The translations under genes and the position numbers were made by a program. The notes under the pieces are model-generated. The model was not told the DNA's origin and did no database searches. It saw only the letters and a list, made by a program, of their open reading frames with translations. Shown here piece after piece: positions 8,316-12,987 of a stretch of 12,987 nt of DNA (position 1 is the first letter of the stretch; each line of letters starts with the position of its first letter). The stretch spans positions 1 to 12,987 of the forward strand of contig NW_021826433.1 of assembly GCF_006345805.1 (NCBI RefSeq). Reading direction: 5' to 3'. The DNA is from Octopus sinensis (lineage: Eukaryota).

Positions 8316-8544
8316 TGAACTAACTGCTACTTTCTCAGATGCAGCACGAAGATTTGTCAGTGAACAGGTCGCGGTCTCAAAGCGACGAAAATATTTTGAC
8401 AAATTAAATTTCTATGTTGAAGTGAATCTAACGGTTTTTGTGAGTTTTTAAATGGCTTATAAACACCTTCCACCCTTCAATTGTTTTCTTTCCAGCACAC
8501 GATCTCAGATCAAGTCACTCGCTATGCATGTACATCTCCGTAAT
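8316..8544 (+). mobile_element. Putative Penelope-like element terminal-repeat relic hosting the hammerhead
   Basis: Discrete ~230-bp block between microsatellites containing the minimal hammerhead. The association of such motifs with Penelope-like elements is established knowledge. No ORF here. Confidence 0.4.
8352..8404 (+). ncRNA. Minimal type I hammerhead ribozyme, G3-C8 core variant
   Basis: Stem I ATTTGTCA (8352-8359)/TGACAAAT (8397-8404); core GTGAACA (8360-8366); G8367 insert; stem II GTCGC (8368-8372)/GCGAC (8382-8386); GAAA (8387-8390); palindromic stem III AATATT (8390-8395); UUU triplet with predicted cleavage after 8396. Confidence 0.75.
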
Positions 8545-10548
8545 ACATATATATATATAATATATATATATTATATATATATATTTATATATATATGCAT
8601 ATATTAGTCATAAACGCACATATACATTTATAATGCATATATACATATATAAACGTGCATACATATATACACATATGCATATATGCATACAGGCATACAT
8701 TGAAATACATATACATATATATATATACATGGAGGCACATACATACAATTCTTACATACATATATATATATATATATACATGTATACATACAGATATACA
8801 ATTCTGCATCTACACACATGTGTATACACATGCGCACGCGCATACGTGCAGGTATACACGCATAATAATATACATAGATGCATACATACACACATATACA
8901 TGGTTACATGTATACGAGGATGTACATTCGCACATACATGCATATATACATACATACGAAAATGTATATAGGCACATACATACACGCATACAAACAGATG
9001 CATACACACACACATCCATACATTAATTTGTACATACACACACACATACATGCATGCATGCATACACACACACATACATACATACATACACACACACAAA
9101 CATACATACATACACACATACATACATACATACACACATACATACACACATACATACATACATACACACACATACATACATACATACATACACACATACA
9201 CACATACATACATACACACATACATACACACATACACACATACATACATACATACATACACACATACACACATACATACATACACACATACATACATACA
9301 TACATACACACACACATACATACATACATACACACATACATACATACATCATAGACACCACACACATACATACATACATACATACATACATACACACACA
9401 CCTACACACATACATACAACACACATACATACATACATACATACACACACACATACATACATACATACACACATACATACATACACACATACATACATAC
9501 ATACACACACATACATACATACATCATACATACACACATACACACATACATACATACAACATACTACACACATACACATACATACATACATACACACATA
9601 CACACATACATACATACACATAACATACATACATACATACACAACACCACATACATACATACATACACACATACATACATACATACACACCACATACATA
9701 CATACATACCTACATACATACACACATACATACATACATACAACAACATACATACATACATACATACATACACACATACAACACATACATACATACCACA
9801 TACATACACACTAACACACATACATACATACATACATACACACTCCAACATACAAAACATACATACCATACACACATACATACATACATACATACAACAC
9901 ACACACATACATACATACATACACACATACATACATACATACATACATACACACATACACACATACATACATACACACATACATACATACATACATACAC
10001 ACACACATACATACATACATACACACATACATACACACATACACACACACACATACATACACACATACATACATACACACATACATACATACATACACAC
10101 ATACATACATACATACATACATCCATACATACATACATACACACACACATACATACATACATACATACATACACACACACATACATACATACATACATAC
10201 GTACATACATACATACATACACACATACATACATACATCCATACATACATACACACATACATACAGTACATACACACATACATACATACACACACACATA
10301 CATACACACACACATACACACACACACACATACACACATACATACACACACACATACATACACACACACATACATACACACACACATACATACACACACA
10401 CATACATACACACATACACACACACATACACACATACATACACACATACACACATACATACACACATACACACATACATACACACATACACACATACATA
10501 CACACATACACACATACATACACACACACACATACATACACATACATA
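8545..10548. repeat. ~2 kb compound purine-pyrimidine microsatellite (TA/CATA/CA)
   Basis: Degenerate TA/CA mix to ~9030, then an almost pure CATA/CACA mosaic to 10548. Source of most of the long His/Thr/Tyr/Ile and Val/Cys/Met/Tyr ORFs. Confidence 0.95.
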
Positions 10549-10560
10549 AGTTTGTTCGCC

Positions 10561-10772
10561 TCTAACCAATCCTGGTCGTATTTGACCAATCAACCAATCA
10601 AATTAAAGCTAATGCATCCATCGAGTGAACACTTCCGCCAGAGGTCTCTGTCAGTCGCCGAAACTAAAAGGCCTAACCGGAACAGATGAATCACGCGTTA
10701 ATCACGGCCGAATTAAGGCTGGGAGTCGGTGATAGGAGCGTCCTCGCCTAATAAGGCTGCATACGTCATTGG
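10561..10772. promoter_or_regulatory. CpG-containing unique island with CCAAT/ETS/CRE-like motifs
   Basis: CCAAT at 10566, 10586 and 10594; ACTTCCG 10631-10637; CCGGAA 10677-10682; ACGTCA 10763-10768; ATTGG 10768-10772. Motif evidence only. Confidence 0.25.
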
Positions 10773-10785
10773 AAAGGTGGTTGCG

Positions 10786-11520
10786 TTTTGTTGTTGTTGG
10801 TGGTGGTGGTGGTGGTAGTGGTGGTTGTAATGGTGTTGGTGATGTTGAGGATGGTGGCGGTGGTGGTGGTAGTGGTGGTGGTGGTGGTGGTGGTAGTGGT
10901 GGTTGTAATGGTGTTGGTGATGTTGAGGATGGTGGCGGTGGTGGTGGTAGTGGTGGTGGTGGTGGTGGTGGTAGTGGTAGTGGTGGTGGTGGTGATGATG
11001 GTAGTGGTGGTTGTAATGGTGTTGGTGACGTTGAGGATGGTGGTGGTGGTGATGATGGTAGTGGTGGTTGTAATGGTGTTGGTGTTGTTGAGGATGGTGG
11101 CGGTGGTGGTGGTAGTGGTGGTGGTGGTGGTAGTGGTGGTGGTGGTGATGATGGTAGTGGTGGTTGTAATGGTGTTGGTGTTGTTGAGGATGGTGGTGGT
11201 GGTGATGATGGTAGTGGTGGTTGTAATGGTGTTGGTGTTGTTGATGGTGGTGGTGGTGGTGGTAGTGTTGGTGGTGGTGATGGTGGTGGTGGTAGTAGTG
11301 GTTGTAATGGTGTTCGTATTGTCGAGGATGGCGGTGGTGGTGGTGGTGGTGGTGGTTGTAATGGCTTTCGTGTTGGTTGTGGTGGTGGTGGTGGTGATTG
11401 TGGTGGTGGTGGTGATTGTGGTGGTGGTGGTCATCGTCGGGATGGCTGCATTGATGGTGACAGTGGTGGTGATAGCGGTGTTGGTAGATGTTGTGGTTGA
11501 ATTCGTAGTGGTGTTAGTTA
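10786..11520. repeat. Higher-order GGT minisatellite (8 units with a GGTTGTAATGG core)
   Basis: The core GGTTGTAATGG... recurs 8 times, separated by variable GGT/AGT/GAT runs, all in triplet phase. Confidence 0.9.
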
Positions 11521-11553
11521 TTGAGTGACATTGGTGAATTATCTTATACAAAA

Positions 11554-11936
11554 CTAGCAGTATCGCCCGGCGTTGCTCGGGTTTGTTTCGACCCTTTAGA
11601 TTTGAAATTTTTGAAAGACAAATCTTTTACATTATGTAGCTTGTTATTCTCTTTAAGTGAACATTTTTCTGGTTGAAATACACCGAAAATGGCGACACAG
11701 CAGTAAAAAAAATCGTAAAAAATAGGGATTTTCATAGAAAAAACCCCACATTTTTGATGTAAATAATTTTTGGTCTTTACATGGTCCGATTTGAATATTT
11801 TCTCCTAGGGAAGGAAGAACAAGCCTTCTTCTATCATACTCTCAAATTTGGTCAGGGTCTCGGAGGAGATAGTGTTAGTTGAAGGCTACCAAACCTGCCA
11901 CACACACGGACAACTTCAGCTTTATATATAGAGAGA
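11554..11936 (-). mobile_element. Non-autonomous Helitron (383 bp)
   Basis: Minus strand: A|TCTCTCTATATATAAAGCTGAAG... to CCCGAGCAACGCCGGGCGATACTG-CTAG|T (CTAG at 11554-11557). Colinear with 12215-12809. Confidence 0.92.
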
Positions 11937-12158
11937 TGTTATTTAGATATAAACTTGATCGGGGGCGTTACTTACTCTAACATTGCCATAAAGTTTGAGG
12001 TAAACTTTTTTCTACTGGACCAAATCTCAATTTTTTTATGCCAAAAGGTAGTTAGGGACCAGTCCTCTACAAAAATGTTAACTGTTTTCAATTTGGTTAA
12101 GAACTGAATTAGCAACAAGCTCTGAGAGATGCTGCGTGCGAATAAATTACGGCCTTAA

Positions 12159-12190
12159 TATTATTCAACTACTACCGTAGTTGAATGATA
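12159..12190. other. Strong inverted repeat/hairpin
   Basis: ATTCAACTAC-TACC-GTAGTTGAAT (12163-12186) is a perfect 10-bp stem, extendable to 14 bp with one G-T pair. Confidence 0.7.
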
Positions 12191-12214
12191 CAAAATGTCA
12201 TAGTTATAAGTCTA

Positions 12215-12809
12215 CTAGCAGTATCGCCCGGCGTTGCTCGGGTTTGTTTCCACCCTTTAGAATTGGAATTTTTGAAAAGTAAAACATTTTGCATTATGTA
12301 GCTTGTTATTCTCTTTAAGTGAACATTTTTCTGGTTGAAATACACCGAAAAATGGTGATACAGCAGTCAAAAAGTCGTAAAAAAATAGGGATTTTCATAG
12401 AAAAAAGCACCCTTTTGATGTAAATAATTTTTGGTGTTAACATGGTCCAATTTGAATTTTTTTCTTTTACGGAATGAAGAGCAAGCCTTCTTCTATCATA
12501 CGTTCAAATTTGGTCAACTTGCGCCGCAGGGTCTCGGAGGAGATAGTGTTAGTTGAAGGCTGCCAAACCTGCCATACGTCGTAAAATATAGGGATTTTCA
12601 TAGAAAAAAAGCACCTTTTTGATGTAAATAATTTTTGGTCTTAACATGGTCCGATTTGAATTTTTCTTCTATGGATGAAGAGCAAGCCTTCTTCTATCAT
12701 ACTCTCAATTTTGGTCAACTTGCGCCTCAGGGTCTCGGAGGAGATAGTGTTAGTTGAAGACTACCAAACCTGCCACGCACAGACAACTTCAGCTTTATAG
12801 AGAGAGAGA
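12215..12809 (-). mobile_element. Non-autonomous Helitron (595 bp) with a ~204-bp internal tandem duplication
   Basis: Minus strand: A|TCTCTCTCTCTATAAAGCTGAAG... to the same hairpin and CTAG (12215-12218)|T. Internal units at ~12374-12577 and ~12578-12778. Confidence 0.92.
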
Positions 12810-12987
12810 TTTGAGACAGTTTTCCCCTGCATATCCAAAGCATTTTTATAAATTTCTTCGAAACACCCACCCTCAGTCTTTTAGTTACCCCTGGTTTCTA
12901 TGTTCTGATTAATATAAAGGTTTCCTTTCATAAGTCCCAAATGATTCTCTGGTGATTGAAAGAAAAGATTTGGGGATTGTGTATCAA

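Noticed and set aside
8628-10593. Many long ORFs (up to 341 aa) of H/T/Y/I or V/C/M/Y
   Set aside because: Stop-free translations of CATA/CA repeats in all frames; no protein-like complexity.
10626-10670. GTGAACA...GCCGAAAC resembling a second G3-C8 hammerhead
   Set aside because: No G10.1-C11.1 stem II closure and no stem I or stem III pairing.

Overview
Repeat-saturated, apparently non-coding eukaryotic DNA. Microsatellite density and SINE types suggest an octopod cephalopod (inference). No protein-coding exon is supportable: the long ORFs in the track are read-throughs of (CA/TA/CATA/GATA/GGT)n repeats. The window holds four complete non-autonomous Helitrons (A|TC...hairpin-CTAG|T), several tRNA-derived SINEs and SINE fragments, two adjacent LINE-like 3' ends abutting GATA repeats, a ~2 kb purine-pyrimidine microsatellite and a higher-order GGT minisatellite. 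The most striking signal is three minimal type I hammerhead-ribozyme-like motifs on the + strand. The one at 8352-8404 is structurally complete, carries a compensatory G3-C8 swap of the catalytic core (GUGAACA instead of CUGANGA) and has the palindromic stem III typical of dimer-cleaving, Penelope-associated hammerheads. Short unique islands between the repeats carry clustered transcription-factor-like motifs (K50 homeodomain, CTCF-like, nuclear-receptor DR1, CCAAT).
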